A DNA stretch of 64,000 nucleotides from Candidatus Woykebacteria bacterium (GCA_040876265.1 JBBDPN010000001.1:374208-438207), one strand, 5' to 3'. Counted from the first letter of the stretch, positions 28,832 to 39,559 are shown. The notes: generated by a model not told the origin, from the letters alone. A program made the numbers and translations.

Positions 28832-31558
28832 ATGTTTAAATTCCTAGGCTCTCTACTTGACTCCAACGAGAGGGAAGTAAACAAATTAAAACCCACTCTT
28901 GATCTGGTCAATTCATTTGAGAAAGACGTTAAGAAACTTTCGGACCAGAAACTGCGAGCAAAAACAGACGAGTTTCGTAAGAGGCTTGGTAAGGGGGAGA
29001 GTCTGGTAGATGTTTTGCCAGAAGCTTTTGCGGTGGTCCGAGAGGCAGCGGTAAGAACAATTGGCCAAAGACACTACGACGTGCAGATTGTCGGTGGAAT
29101 TGTTCTTCACAGCAGAAAAATCGCGGAGATGAAAACTGGTGAAGGTAAAACCCTTGTTTCTACCCTACCACTTTATCTAAATGCTTTAGAGGGAAAGGGT
29201 TCGCACCTGGTCACCGTAAACGATTATTTATCTAGGCGTGATGCGGAATGGATGGGACCAATTTATCATATGCTCGGTTTATCTGTTGGTATAATCAACC
29301 ACGACAAGTCGTTTGTTTTCGATCCGGAGCCGAAAACACCCGAAACTAGTAAAGAGGCGCTGAAAATGGACCCAGAAAGCTCACTATCACCAGAGGAGGA
29401 GGGTTTGGGTGTTGGAAAATTCCTGCGAGAAGTAAGTCGAAAAGAAGCCTACGCAGCTGATATCACCTATGGAACCAATAATGAGTTCGGTTTTGATTAT
29501 CTCCGCGACAATATGACCAACAGTTTGGATGAAATGGTCCAAAGACCCTTGCACTATTCAATAGTTGATGAGGTGGACTCAATTTTGATCGATGAAGCCC
29601 GCACTCCATTGATTATTTCGTCACCGGCAGAAGAAGCTACCGAAAAATACTACCAATTCGCCAAACTTGTTGAACAGCTAGTGAAAGAAACCGATTATAT
29701 ATTGGATGAAAAGCTAAAAACAGCTTCTCTTACTGAAATAGGGATATCGAAAATAGAAAGAGCCCTAGGGGTACCCAACCTTTATGAACGCGATTTCCAA
29801 ACGGTTCATCACATAGAAGAGGCCCTGAAAGGAAAAACTCTTTACCACAAGGATAAGGACTACGTTGTCCGAGAAGGGCAAGTAATCATTGTAGATGAGT
29901 TTACTGGCCGGCTGTTGCCAGGAAGAAGATACTCCGAGGGCCTACACCAAGCTATTGAAGCAAAAGAAGGGGTCCCAATCCAAAGAGAAAGTAGAACACT
30001 AGCAACTATCACCTTCCAGAATTACTTTAGACTTTATGACAAACTATCCGGAATGACTGGTACTGCGGCAACAAGCGCTGAAGAATTCCATAAAGTTTAC
30101 AGCCTTGACGTAGTTGTGGTACCAACGAATAAACCAATGGTACGTAAGGATCACGCCGATGCTGTCTATAAAACTGAGAAGTCAAAATGGCAAGCGGTGA
30201 TAGGGGAAATAGAAGAGAAGAACAAAGTGGGGCAGCCAGTCCTTGTAGGCACAACTTCTATAGAAAAGAACGAAATGCTCTCTGACTTTCTGAAGAGAAA
30301 AAAGATAACCCACGAAGTTTTGAATGCAAAAAATCACGAAAAAGAGGCCCAGATCATTACCGATGCCGGACAAAAGGGCGCCGTAACAATCGCCACAAAC
30401 ATTGCCGGAAGGGGTGTCGATATAAAACTTGGTGACGGGGTTACAAAACTTGGAGGCCTTCACATTGTCGGCACTGAGCATCACGAGGCAAGAAGAATTG
30501 ATAACCAACTCCGGGGTCGTAGCGGTCGTCAGGGAGATCCGGGTAGCAGCCGTTTCTTCGTTTCTCTGCAGGATGATATGATCAGACTTTTCGGTGGTGA
30601 CTCTATCTCAAACATAATGAACACCTTAAAAATTCCGGAAGATGTACCAATTGAAAATACGATGGTAACAAAAGCCTTAGAGTCTGCTCAAGGTAGAGTT
30701 GAGGGCCACAATTTTGATATTCGTAAACGGCTGGTTGATTATGACGATGTTTTGAACAAACAGAGAGAAATCATCTACAAACAGCGTCGTGATATCTTGG
30801 GACTTTCATCTTCGAAAGATAAAAAAGATCAACTGAAGCTACGGGACATGGTGATAGAGAAAATTAACTCCGAGATAGACACCCTACTGGCCTCTTCCCA
30901 GACAGAAACGAAGGGGCTAGATTTTGAAAGGATCGCAACCGAATTTTTTTCTATCATCCCTTTTGATGAAAATTCCCAGAAAACCCTGAAGGGGCAGATC
31001 GAGAAACTGGCCGGAGAGCAAAAAATAAAGGAGTTTCTACTAAAGATAATAACCGACCTCTACGGATCTCGCGAAAAACAATACGGAGAAGATATTGCCC
31101 GTCAGATAGAGAGACTCGTTCTTCTATCGACAATTGACTCTCTTTGGATAAATCACCTTGAGGACGTAGATTATCTTCGGGAAGGTATCGGACTACAAGG
31201 CTATGCTGCCAAAGATCCACTTGTGGAGTACAAGGGTGAAGCCTTTAAACTTTTTGAGGATTTGATACGATCAATCGATTTTGAGATTGTTCACCGGATA
31301 TTTAAAATCCAAGTTGTTCCGCAGGGACAACAAGATCAACATGCTGGTCACCAACACGCACCAGCAACTACTACAACCTCTACTAGCGCAGGCGATATCT
31401 CAGAAACCGGCGCTCGTGATGAATCTCTGGTACCAGCCGGGAAAACAAAGATAGGCCGCAATGATCCTTGTCCATGCGGTTCCGGTCTCAAGTATAAGAA
31501 GTGCGGGAATATAAATAGCCCGACCCATCAAGAAAATATGGCCAAGGCTAAAGCCTAA
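28832..31558 (+). CDS. secA: Preprotein translocase ATPase SecA
   Basis: EMKTGEGKT, DEVDSILIDEARTPLIIS, QLRGRSGRQGDPG, GRNDPCPCGSG. Confidence 0.98.
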   Translation: MFKFLGSLLDSNEREVNKLKPTLDLVNSFEKDVKKLSDQKLRAKTDEFRKRLGKGESLVDVLPEAFAVVREAAVRTIGQRHYDVQIVGGIVLHSRKIAEMKTGEGKTLVSTLPLYLNALEGKGSHLVTVNDYLSRRDAEWMGPIYHMLGLSVGIINHDKSFVFDPEPKTPETSKEALKMDPESSLSPEEEGLGVGKFLREVSRKEAYAADITYGTNNEFGFDYLRDNMTNSLDEMVQRPLHYSIVDEVDSILIDEARTPLIISSPAEEATEKYYQFAKLVEQLVKETDYILDEKLKTASLTEIGISKIERALGVPNLYERDFQTVHHIEEALKGKTLYHKDKDYVVREGQVIIVDEFTGRLLPGRRYSEGLHQAIEAKEGVPIQRESRTLATITFQNYFRLYDKLSGMTGTAATSAEEFHKVYSLDVVVVPTNKPMVRKDHADAVYKTEKSKWQAVIGEIEEKNKVGQPVLVGTTSIEKNEMLSDFLKRKKITHEVLNAKNHEKEAQIITDAGQKGAVTIATNIAGRGVDIKLGDGVTKLGGLHIVGTEHHEARRIDNQLRGRSGRQGDPGSSRFFVSLQDDMIRLFGGDSISNIMNTLKIPEDVPIENTMVTKALESAQGRVEGHNFDIRKRLVDYDDVLNKQREIIYKQRRDILGLSSSKDKKDQLKLRDMVIEKINSEIDTLLASSQTETKGLDFERIATEFFSIIPFDENSQKTLKGQIEKLAGEQKIKEFLLKIITDLYGSREKQYGEDIARQIERLVLLSTIDSLWINHLEDVDYLREGIGLQGYAAKDPLVEYKGEAFKLFEDLIRSIDFEIVHRIFKIQVVPQGQQDQHAGHQHAPATTTTSTSAGDISETGARDESLVPAGKTKIGRNDPCPCGSGLKYKKCGNINSPTHQENMAKAKA

Positions 31559-31726
31559 AACACACCTAAATTCTCTAAGTTATAGGTCCAATTTTAGGCC
31601 GTTTCATAACTTATTACATCCATGGGGATACCCAACATTTTTACTCAATTTCAAACTTAGGTACTGTTAATCAAGTTATAGTTGCAAAAAACAATTGAAT
31701 AGTTTTTTATAGAATTACAACCATTT

Positions 31727-32533
31727 ATGAACAAACTAGTCCAACTTCTGCGGTATGACGTCAGGGCACAAATTGGGTTTATACTTTTCCTAATTTCACT
31801 TTACACAACCTTTGTAGGCAAATTTTATCAGGAATCTATCGACATCTATATTGCTGTTGCCGCGGCAATAATTATCGATGGTCTTATTTTGAGACTCCAA
31901 AAGAAAAAGTTTGTATTTCCTTATTCGGCAGTAGTTGCCGGCTTTTTAATCGGTCTTATATTGAATCCTCAGCTTCCATCTTGGCAATTTGCGTTGATTG
32001 CATCCATAGCAATTATTTCCAAATATTTGATCTTGCCAGGTAAGAGTCATATATTCAATCCAGCTGCATTTGGTCTTGTATTTGCGTCAATTATTTTTGA
32101 TGGGGCAATTTCTTGGTGGGGTGTTGCTTGGAGCAGTCAGATTTGGATTTTTATATTTCTTGCTGCTGGATATGTGCTTTTGAGACTTAGAAGAATTTGG
32201 TTACCAGTTGGGTTTTTACTGGTTTATTGGTCCTATTTAACTATTATCGGTGGGTTTTCTATTTCTATAATTTCCGATCCCACTGTAGCTCTCTTTACGT
32301 TTGTAATGCTTCCAGAACCACAAACGTCACCAATCAGGAACTATTTTAGGTACTTATTCGGAGTTTTAGTTGCTCTCTCACTAGTTTTTTATTCAGCGCT
32401 AGTACCCAAACTCCAAACCGATCTTCTGTTAATTTCGCTTTTAACAGCAAACCTATTGGCTTTTATATTTCTAATATTACAGTCTAAGATCTCAGCTTTT
32501 GGTGTCGCTAAAAAACCAAAGCCCCCAGTTTGA
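31727..32533 (+). CDS. RnfD/NqrB-like membrane protein (stand-alone)
   Basis: SKYL...HIFNPAAFG, FVMLPEPQTSP, multiple TMs. Confidence 0.65.
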   Translation: MNKLVQLLRYDVRAQIGFILFLISLYTTFVGKFYQESIDIYIAVAAAIIIDGLILRLQKKKFVFPYSAVVAGFLIGLILNPQLPSWQFALIASIAIISKYLILPGKSHIFNPAAFGLVFASIIFDGAISWWGVAWSSQIWIFIFLAAGYVLLRLRRIWLPVGFLLVYWSYLTIIGGFSISIISDPTVALFTFVMLPEPQTSPIRNYFRYLFGVLVALSLVFYSALVPKLQTDLLLISLLTANLLAFIFLILQSKISAFGVAKKPKPPV

Positions 32534-32535
32534 TT

Positions 32536-33183
32536 CTAAGGTCTGCCTTCTGGTGTATTAGTTGGAACTGAAGGGTTTTGTATCTTATCTTGCATCTCAG
32601 CCGGCACCTTATCCTCGATAGTTGGGATGTCGGTCTTTACTTTGTTGATAACTTCTTCTAGTTTCTCACCAGATATAGCAGAAGATGCTTCTTCAAAACC
32701 TCTGGCTGAAACTTCCTGAGCTTTCTGTATAGCTGGTTGTGCTTCTTCAGGTACTTTATCGTAGACATCAGAAAGGGTAGCTTGATGTCTAAGGGTGTTT
32801 TCAGTAATTATGGCAAGTACTTCTTCTGTGTCTTTACCTTGGGATTTTGCTTCTTGAGCTTTGGCTAATGCATCTTCTAAATGCTGCTCGTAACGAACGG
32901 TAGCCTCTGCTATTTTGTCTTCTGCTGCACCGGCGTTTTGTAAGGCCTCAAGCTCTTGTAGTCTTTCTTGAGCTAGAGCGATCTGAGCTTGAGCTTTGGC
33001 TTCGGGTGCGTTTGCCATAGCCAGTTGTATACCCTCAACTGCTCTATCTATTCCGTAAAGCAAATCTCCCGGTTTACTACCGTTGGAAGCTACCGCAGTT
33101 GCACTAACACCAACCACAACGACACCAATGACGGCTAGAAGCACAAGTGGTGCGATGCCTTTTTGACTTTTGAGTGTTTGCAT
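32536..33183 (-). CDS. DUF5667-like membrane-anchored helical protein
   Basis: KG-hydrophobic N-terminus, SKPGDLLYGIDRAVE, ERLQE. Confidence 0.7.
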   Translation of the reverse strand: MQTLKSQKGIAPLVLLAVIGVVVVGVSATAVASNGSKPGDLLYGIDRAVEGIQLAMANAPEAKAQAQIALAQERLQELEALQNAGAAEDKIAEATVRYEQHLEDALAKAQEAKSQGKDTEEVLAIITENTLRHQATLSDVYDKVPEEAQPAIQKAQEVSARGFEEASSAISGEKLEEVINKVKTDIPTIEDKVPAEMQDKIQNPSVPTNTPEGRP

Positions 33184-33339
33184 TAAATATCACCTTCTTT
33201 CGTATTAATAAAATAAGTGTATATTACTATTATCGATAGATGCTTATTTGGTGTCAAATTGCATTTTTGAACCTATGGGAGGACCATTATGCCAGCACTT
33301 CAAGAAATGTGGTCTAGTTGGAGCCCCGCAACATAAATC

Positions 33340-33990
33340 TTAATCGCGCCAACCGTGTTCGCCGATCAAAGGTACGAAACGCACCGATTCTACCTCTGAA
33401 AGTTCTAATCTGCCATTTTGTTTCTCCCCAACCATCAGCTTCTGGTTCCATATATCTTTACCAACAGGAATCACAATCCTCCCACCCTGGACCAGTTGAT
33501 CTGAGAGTGGTTTTGGCACTCCTCTTGCCCCAGCGGTAACGATTATGCCATCGTACGGCGCAAATTTTGTCAGGCCCAAGCTTCCATCACCTTCAAAGAC
33601 GTGAACATTTTGGCAACCAAGCTTTTTCAATGTTTTTTCCGCTCTATCAGCCAAATCTTTAATCCTCTCAATCGTAAAGACTTCTTTTACCAGCTTGGAA
33701 AGAATAGCGGCTTGATATCCAGATCCCGTCCCAACCTCCAGAACTTTATCACTTTTTTTCAGTCCAAGAAGATTTGTCATAAGGGCAACCAGTGAGGGTT
33801 GGCTTATGGTTTGTCCTTCCCCGATTGGTAAAGCTATATCCTCATATGACGAATTTTTAAGATCATCCGGCACAAACTCGTGTCTTGGGATTTGGAGAAA
33901 GGCACTAGTTATTTCTTCGTCAACATCCAGGGGTTTTATACTATCTTGAACCAATTTATTTCGTTTTTCTTCGTAAAGTTCCTTACTCAT
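33340..33990 (-). CDS. pcm: Protein-L-isoaspartate O-methyltransferase
   Basis: PRHEFVP, GQTISQPS, LEVGTGSGYQAA, APYDGIIVTA, VRFVPL. Confidence 0.95.
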   Translation of the reverse strand: MSKELYEEKRNKLVQDSIKPLDVDEEITSAFLQIPRHEFVPDDLKNSSYEDIALPIGEGQTISQPSLVALMTNLLGLKKSDKVLEVGTGSGYQAAILSKLVKEVFTIERIKDLADRAEKTLKKLGCQNVHVFEGDGSLGLTKFAPYDGIIVTAGARGVPKPLSDQLVQGGRIVIPVGKDIWNQKLMVGEKQNGRLELSEVESVRFVPLIGEHGWRD

Positions 33991-34095
33991 GAGCATTATT
34001 TTCCTCTCTAGTAATAGCTCTGGTAATGGCACTTTGTCAAGAATTTTTGATCTAAGCGTTGACAGGTAATAATTACTTGGCAGATAATTTCGAGG

Positions 34096-34215
34096 ATGGC
34101 CTCACTTATAATACCCACGTTTAATGAAGAAAAAAGTCTTGCCTCTTCTTTGGGAAAGCCAACGGCGTTAAAGAAAAAAACTTTGACTTCGGCTTGGGCA
34201 AGGATAATATTTTAA
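34096..34215 (+). pseudogene. 39-aa GT2 N-terminal stub coupled to the GtrA gene
   Basis: MASLIIPTFNEEK (GT2 start motif), ends in a TAATG overlap with the GtrA ATG. Confidence 0.5.
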
Positions 34216-34760
34216 TGTTTATCGATCTATTCAAAATTCGCCTCGATCACAGCGAAAAAACTGGATCGCTAGCAGAAAAATTTTTCTTTCAACTTTATCG
34301 CCGGCGGACGCTGTGGAAATTTGCTATGGTCGGTACCAGCGGAGCAATAATAGATTACTCACTTTTTTTTGTTCTAACAAGATTTTTGGGGCTGCCACCA
34401 CTAGCAGCAAACCCTATTTCTGTTGAAGCGGCTATCATATGGAATTTTACCTGGAACAATATTTGGACTTTTTCGGCACGGACGGTACCAAAACCACTTT
34501 GGAAAAAATTTTTAACTTTTCAACTTGTTTCTCTGGGAGGACTGCTTCTCTCTCAAAATTCCCTGTTCTTATTTAGCTACCTACTAAATATTTTTGATCT
34601 AATCGCCAAAGCTTTGACGATACCAATAGTAGCTTTGTTTAATTATCTGGTAAATAGCCGCTGGACCTTTCGGGACATCTCGCGCGGGAGATCCAGGTGG
34701 TACGCTTACGTGGTCTTTATTTTCACTCTTTTTATTTTTTATCTTATTTTGACCTATTAA
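34215..34760 (+). CDS. GtrA family membrane protein
   Basis: KFAMVGTSGAIID, WNFTWNNIWTF, NYLVNSRWTF. Confidence 0.85.
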   Translation: MFIDLFKIRLDHSEKTGSLAEKFFFQLYRRRTLWKFAMVGTSGAIIDYSLFFVLTRFLGLPPLAANPISVEAAIIWNFTWNNIWTFSARTVPKPLWKKFLTFQLVSLGGLLLSQNSLFLFSYLLNIFDLIAKALTIPIVALFNYLVNSRWTFRDISRGRSRWYAYVVFIFTLFIFYLILTY

Positions 34761-34971
34761 TTTCGTAGTAATTACTTTAGGTTCGAAGAACGGCCATGAC
34801 ACAAAGAGTTATCTAGCAGTGCGCTTTTTACATTTATAATTAACCCAACAATCAATAAATCTATCAATCTACCAACTTGACTAAATAGTCTGAAAACCGA
34901 TAATATATTTCTTAGTACTTTCCTTTATTTCCACATTCCACTAAAAGGTGGGATTGAAAGGGGGTGAAAAT

Positions 34972-35358
34972 ATGGATTCACGCACAGTTCGCGCTGGGAC
35001 AGGTGCAGGGGTAGTTGCCCTCCTTTTAGGCGGCGCCCTAGGTACCTATGGCGGTTGGTCCGCCGTATTTTCTCTCGCTGCAAATGATGTTGGTTTTTGG
35101 CTCATCGCCGTATCTCTTAGTGTTTTCTTAGCTTTCATCTATGGCTATTGGTTCAACGCTTTTTTGCCAGGAACCTCCACTGTTCGAGGAGCAACTTACG
35201 GTGTTTTAGTCTGGATCTTAATGCTTATCTTGGGTGGTGTGTTTGCTTTCTTTAGGGAAGCCACCTTCCCAGATCCGTCAGGACCAACTGTTTTCCTAGC
35301 CCTCATACTTCACGTTGTCTGGGGAGCAGTTCTAGGTGTGCTTTTCGAAACAAGGTGA
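34972..35358 (+). CDS. Small 4-TM membrane protein, unknown function
   Basis: Hydrophobic, GATYGVLVW, LHVVWGAVLG; GGGGTGA SD before ATG 34972. Confidence 0.7.
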   Translation: MDSRTVRAGTGAGVVALLLGGALGTYGGWSAVFSLAANDVGFWLIAVSLSVFLAFIYGYWFNAFLPGTSTVRGATYGVLVWILMLILGGVFAFFREATFPDPSGPTVFLALILHVVWGAVLGVLFETR

Positions 35359-35531
35359 GTAGTAGGTGGCCACAAGTCAATATCCACTGCTAACAGCTAT
35401 AATTTGTTAGTGATAATTTGAGTCCTTTTGTCTTGGTATCCCTCCAAACTTGGTGAAATTTCTCAATTCTTATATAACCGCAAGATTACATCTCGCGCTT
35501 GTTTCTCTGGCGAGATATAATTACCTCCGCC

Positions 35532-36620
35532 ATGGAAGTAATTGTTGAAAAACTTAAATATTTACAGGAAAACTTAAAAAAACTTGAAAAAAATTTAGAT
35601 TTAGAAACCAAAGGAAAGAGTCTGCGTGAGCTTGAAGCAAAGACTATGAAGGCCGATTTTTGGCAAGATATAACTTATGCTACGGCTACGATGGAAAAAA
35701 TTTCTTTTCTTAAAAAAGAGATCGAGGGGATTGATCGTCTGCAGAAACGGGTTGAAACCTCCTTGGAACTGACCTCTCTACCGCAAGAAGCCTCTGAAAT
35801 TAAAGTGGATTTGGAAAAGGAAGCCCAGTCTATAGAAAATGAGTTTGACAAATTGGAATTTAATTTATTTTTATCCGGCAAATACGACGCCGGTTCCGCA
35901 ATTGTCTCGATCCACGCCGGCCAGGGGGGTACCGAGGCGATGGACTGGGCGCAGATGCTACTGCGAATGTATCTTCGTTTTGCTGAGAAAAAAGAATGGA
36001 AATCTGCCTTAATATCGGAAACAAAAGGTGAGGAGGCTGGAATAAAAAGTGCGGTCATTGAAATTTCCGGACCCTTAGTTTATGGATACCTAAAAAAGGA
36101 GGCTGGTACCCACCGCTTGGTCCGCCAATCCCCCTTTAACGCGGATCGCCTCCGCCAAACCTCCTTTGCATTGGTAGAAGTCCTACCGGTGATAGAGGAC
36201 ACAAAAGAAATTGAAATCTCAACTGATGATCTGGAAATTGACACTTTTCGCGCCTCTGGTCCAGGTGGCCAAAACGTCCAAAAAGTAGAAACCGCTGTTC
36301 GTATCCGTCATAAACCAACTGGCCTAGTGGTCGCCGCTCAAAGCGAGCGCTCACAAGGCCAAAACAAGGAAAACGCAATGAAGTTGCTCCGCGCCAAGCT
36401 CTCGGCTTTGGATGAGCAAAAAAGGGAACAGGAGGAGAGAAAGCTCAAAGGTGAATACAAATCTGCTTCTTGGGGAAATCAAATTCGCAACTATATTCTC
36501 CACCCGTATAAACTTGTGAAGGATTTACGCACAAATGTAGAAAGTAAGGATCCATCAGCGGTTTTGGATGGTGATTTGGACCAGTTCGTCGAAGCCGAGG
36601 TCAAAATCGGTAAATCCTAA
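35532..36620 (+). CDS. prfB: Peptide chain release factor 2 (no internal frameshift)
   Basis: [20 protein letters not shown] (SPF motif), [15 protein letters not shown]. Confidence 0.96.
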   Translation: MEVIVEKLKYLQENLKKLEKNLDLETKGKSLRELEAKTMKADFWQDITYATATMEKISFLKKEIEGIDRLQKRVETSLELTSLPQEASEIKVDLEKEAQSIENEFDKLEFNLFLSGKYDAGSAIVSIHAGQGGTEAMDWAQMLLRMYLRFAEKKEWKSALISETKGEEAGIKSAVIEISGPLVYGYLKKEAGTHRLVRQSPFNADRLRQTSFALVEVLPVIEDTKEIEISTDDLEIDTFRASGPGGQNVQKVETAVRIRHKPTGLVVAAQSERSQGQNKENAMKLLRAKLSALDEQKREQEERKLKGEYKSASWGNQIRNYILHPYKLVKDLRTNVESKDPSAVLDGDLDQFVEAEVKIGKS

Positions 36621-36740
36621 ATACGAAATGCGAAATTCTAAACAAACTCTAATATTTAAATCTCAATACTCAGACTTTTGAATTTAAGAATTAAAATTTG
36701 GATATTGTTTCGTATTTAGAAATTCGAATTTAGAATTTTT
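36611..36740. repeat. Heptamer-periodic inverted repeat between convergent genes (possible bidirectional terminator)
   Basis: taaatcc taaatac gaaatgc gaaattc...; CTAAATACGAAA (36617-36628) is the reverse complement of TTTCGTATTTAG (36708-36719). Confidence 0.7.
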
Positions 36741-37872
36741 ACTGTATATGCCAATATATGGTTTGCCAGCCATTAGAGTGGTGGATCACGATACCTTTAC
36801 CAACTGTTCCTGTCAACCAACAAGCCGATCCATCAGTAGCTAGATAAGCAACTCCATCTCTAGCGGCAAGAATAGGGGCGCCGTGATACTGCACCATATC
36901 TATACCATTGTGACCGGGCATACCAAAGTTGTTCCAATACCACCAGTAGTTCGCACCAAACCACTGAGTAACTGTTGGACTGCTCAAAGGCCAGCGCAGC
37001 GCTCCTGAATCAAGATAAGGCTTGGGGTTTACAGCACGGCCGCCTATATAGAAACCGAAATGTAAATGGCTACCGGTCGAGCATCCAGTGTTTCCTTGAA
37101 AGGCGATTACCTCGCCTTTCTTCACCGGTCCGAGACGAACTCCCCCACCACCCAAAGCAGCTGCTATTGAGGCTATCTCACTTTGTACTTGAGCTAGAAG
37201 TCTTTGGTACTCTTTTTCGTTATTTCGCGTTTGTCCTAGTACGTACTCTTTGGAAGATTCTTGGGCAGCTAGATCAGAATTTTTTTGTTCCAGGTCCTTC
37301 TTTAGTTCCTCTTCCTTTTTCTGTTTTCCTTCCAATGTTAGTTTCTGGCCACTGAATTGCTTTTTCAGTGATTCAAGTTCCTCAAGCAACGCTAGATCCT
37401 GCTCCCGGATGACTTCAGTGTATTTTTGTCTAACTAGGAAATCATTAAAACTATCTGACCCAAGAAATGAATCTACCGTTCCATTGTAGCTCTGTTTATA
37501 AATCGTCCGTAGCCGCAGCTGCGCAACCGACTCTGTGTAGTCGATATCTTCTTTGGTTTGGTTTAATTTAAGAGTTACGTCGTCTATGTCAGAGGCTAGT
37601 TGCGTGAGCCTCGTCTTTGTTTCTTCAATTTCCAGTCTGGTGAGCTCTATTTGGTTGTTTAGGTAGTCTATTTCCGATTTTAAGCTTTTCTGCTGCTGCT
37701 GAGCATTTGCAATTTTATTGCGTAGTTCCTCTTGCTTGCGTAAATTCTCATTAAGTTGGTCGATCAACCCACCACTATTTTTCCCGTGACTTTGATCGTT
37801 GTGAGCAAACACACCACTTGCGGTAAAAAGCAAGGCTATTGAAAAGATTGTTACAACAATTCTTTTAAACAT
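36739..37872 (-). CDS. Coiled-coil + M23 peptidase, FtsEX partner (EnvC/PcsB-like)
   Basis: Signal peptide, long coiled coil, GNTGCSTGSHLHF and HNGID motifs. Confidence 0.88.
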   Translation of the reverse strand: MFKRIVVTIFSIALLFTASGVFAHNDQSHGKNSGGLIDQLNENLRKQEELRNKIANAQQQQKSLKSEIDYLNNQIELTRLEIEETKTRLTQLASDIDDVTLKLNQTKEDIDYTESVAQLRLRTIYKQSYNGTVDSFLGSDSFNDFLVRQKYTEVIREQDLALLEELESLKKQFSGQKLTLEGKQKKEEELKKDLEQKNSDLAAQESSKEYVLGQTRNNEKEYQRLLAQVQSEIASIAAALGGGGVRLGPVKKGEVIAFQGNTGCSTGSHLHFGFYIGGRAVNPKPYLDSGALRWPLSSPTVTQWFGANYWWYWNNFGMPGHNGIDMVQYHGAPILAARDGVAYLATDGSACWLTGTVGKGIVIHHSNGWQTIYWHIQ

Positions 37873-37875
37873 AAA

Positions 37876-38757
37876 CTATACTGATAAGTATTTCCTGGTT
37901 GCTACTACAGATCCTATTATACCAACCAGACTTCCGACAAAGACTTCGAATATAAGCAGGTAACCAAAAGTTTCCGCAGTGGCGGAAAGCAACGGTATAT
38001 CACTAAATACCTTCTGGATACTTGGTGAAACCCAAGAATAGGAACCCCAAAGTGTTAGGGTCGCTACTAGTGCGCTAAAACCACCGTAAAAAATACCCTC
38101 AAATATAAACGGCAACCGAATATACCAACTTGTAGCTCCAACTAGCTTCATTATTTCGATTTCGTCCCTGTGGAGTGAAATGTTTAGACCAATAACGATC
38201 AGAGTGGTCAGGATAGATGTGATCAATAGAAAGATAGCCACGGCAGCTCCGACGTTCCTTACGGTTCGGGCCCAGCTACTTAGGGTTTCGATGATGTTCT
38301 GCTGAAATACCACCTCCTCAACGGCGGTGTTTTTTCTTAATGTGTCGGCGACTGTTGCTAGATCGTCTAACTTGTAGGTTGATACTTCAAGGCTAGCTGG
38401 TAAGATATCGGCGGTGACAAACTCTATCAATAGCGGCTCGTTTTTATTTCTCTCTTTGTAAATTTCTAACGCTTCTTCTTTGGAAACATATTTAGTTTTT
38501 GAAACCACGCCTGTCTCGGTAAGAGTCTTCTGGATCCCACCCACAGTTTCCTCGCTGGTATCATCCTTCAAAAAGGCGGTTACTTGCGGTCGTGACTCGA
38601 AATACGATAGTAAGGCGTTGGAACCGAGAATTACCAAAGCGAAAGACCCAACAATAAAAAAGGTTAGGAACATCACTAGAAACGCCGCTAGAGCATGGTA
38701 GGGGTTACGAGCTACCCTTTGGGCGGCTATTTTTAGGAGTCTTGGCAGGTTTTTCAT
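37876..38757 (-). CDS. ftsX: Cell division permease FtsX
   Basis: YVSKEEAL, EIEIMKLVGATSWYIRLPFIFEG. Confidence 0.95.
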   Translation of the reverse strand: MKNLPRLLKIAAQRVARNPYHALAAFLVMFLTFFIVGSFALVILGSNALLSYFESRPQVTAFLKDDTSEETVGGIQKTLTETGVVSKTKYVSKEEALEIYKERNKNEPLLIEFVTADILPASLEVSTYKLDDLATVADTLRKNTAVEEVVFQQNIIETLSSWARTVRNVGAAVAIFLLITSILTTLIVIGLNISLHRDEIEIMKLVGATSWYIRLPFIFEGIFYGGFSALVATLTLWGSYSWVSPSIQKVFSDIPLLSATAETFGYLLIFEVFVGSLVGIIGSVVATRKYLSV

Positions 38758-38763
38758 CCCTTT

Positions 38764-39459
38764 TTACTTTTTCTTTGTTTGTTTCTGCTTGGAACCCTTC
38801 TGTTTACTATCACTTACGACTCTCCCTTTTTGGATTTCTAATTTTCGGTGAGGCAACCCACCGGTTATATCAATATTATGAGTCGCCATAACTACGGTGG
38901 TACCAAGGCTATTTAGCCTGCCAAGCAGCTGCATCACTTCCCAAGCACTAGCGGTATCTAAATTTCCAGTTGGCTCGTCGGCCAAAATAATCTCCGGACG
39001 CAATACCATCGCGCGAGCTATGGCTGTCCTTTGGGCCTCACCGCCGGAAAGTTGGAATGGAAACTGCCTTGTCTTTTCTCTCAAACTAACAAGCTCGAGA
39101 GTTTCCTCTACCACCTTTTCAATCTCCTCGTCATCAAGCCCCAGGATTTCAAGTGGGAAGGCTACATTTTCAAACACTGTTCTTTGAGGTAGCAGTTTAA
39201 AATCCTGGAAAATAGTTCCTACCCTTCGGCGCAAATGGGGAATATCAGAATCTTTAAGGATGGTGATATCTACTCCATCAACAAAAATTTGCCCCTTTGT
39301 AGGGATATCTTCTCGTATTATTAATTTCAATAGTGTGGATTTTCCAGCGCCGGTTGGACCAACCAAAAAAACAAACTCGGCTGGATCGATTTCTAAAGAT
39401 ATATCCGCCAAAGCAGCGTGCGAATTATAGTTTTTTGAAACACCTTGGAAAGCTATCAT
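38764..39459 (-). CDS. ftsE: Cell division ATP-binding protein FtsE
   Basis: GPTGAGKST, FQDFKLL, LSGGE, ADEPTGNLD. Confidence 0.95.
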   Translation of the reverse strand: MIAFQGVSKNYNSHAALADISLEIDPAEFVFLVGPTGAGKSTLLKLIIREDIPTKGQIFVDGVDITILKDSDIPHLRRRVGTIFQDFKLLPQRTVFENVAFPLEILGLDDEEIEKVVEETLELVSLREKTRQFPFQLSGGEAQRTAIARAMVLRPEIILADEPTGNLDTASAWEVMQLLGRLNSLGTTVVMATHNIDITGGLPHRKLEIQKGRVVSDSKQKGSKQKQTKKK

Positions 39460-39559
39460 AGGCAGACACTTGCTTATCTTATATCCTCTAGAATACCAGA
39501 AGCGAACCTAAAAAACAAGCTGTAAAGAAGAGAGTATTGATCCTCTAGTATTAGCTTGG

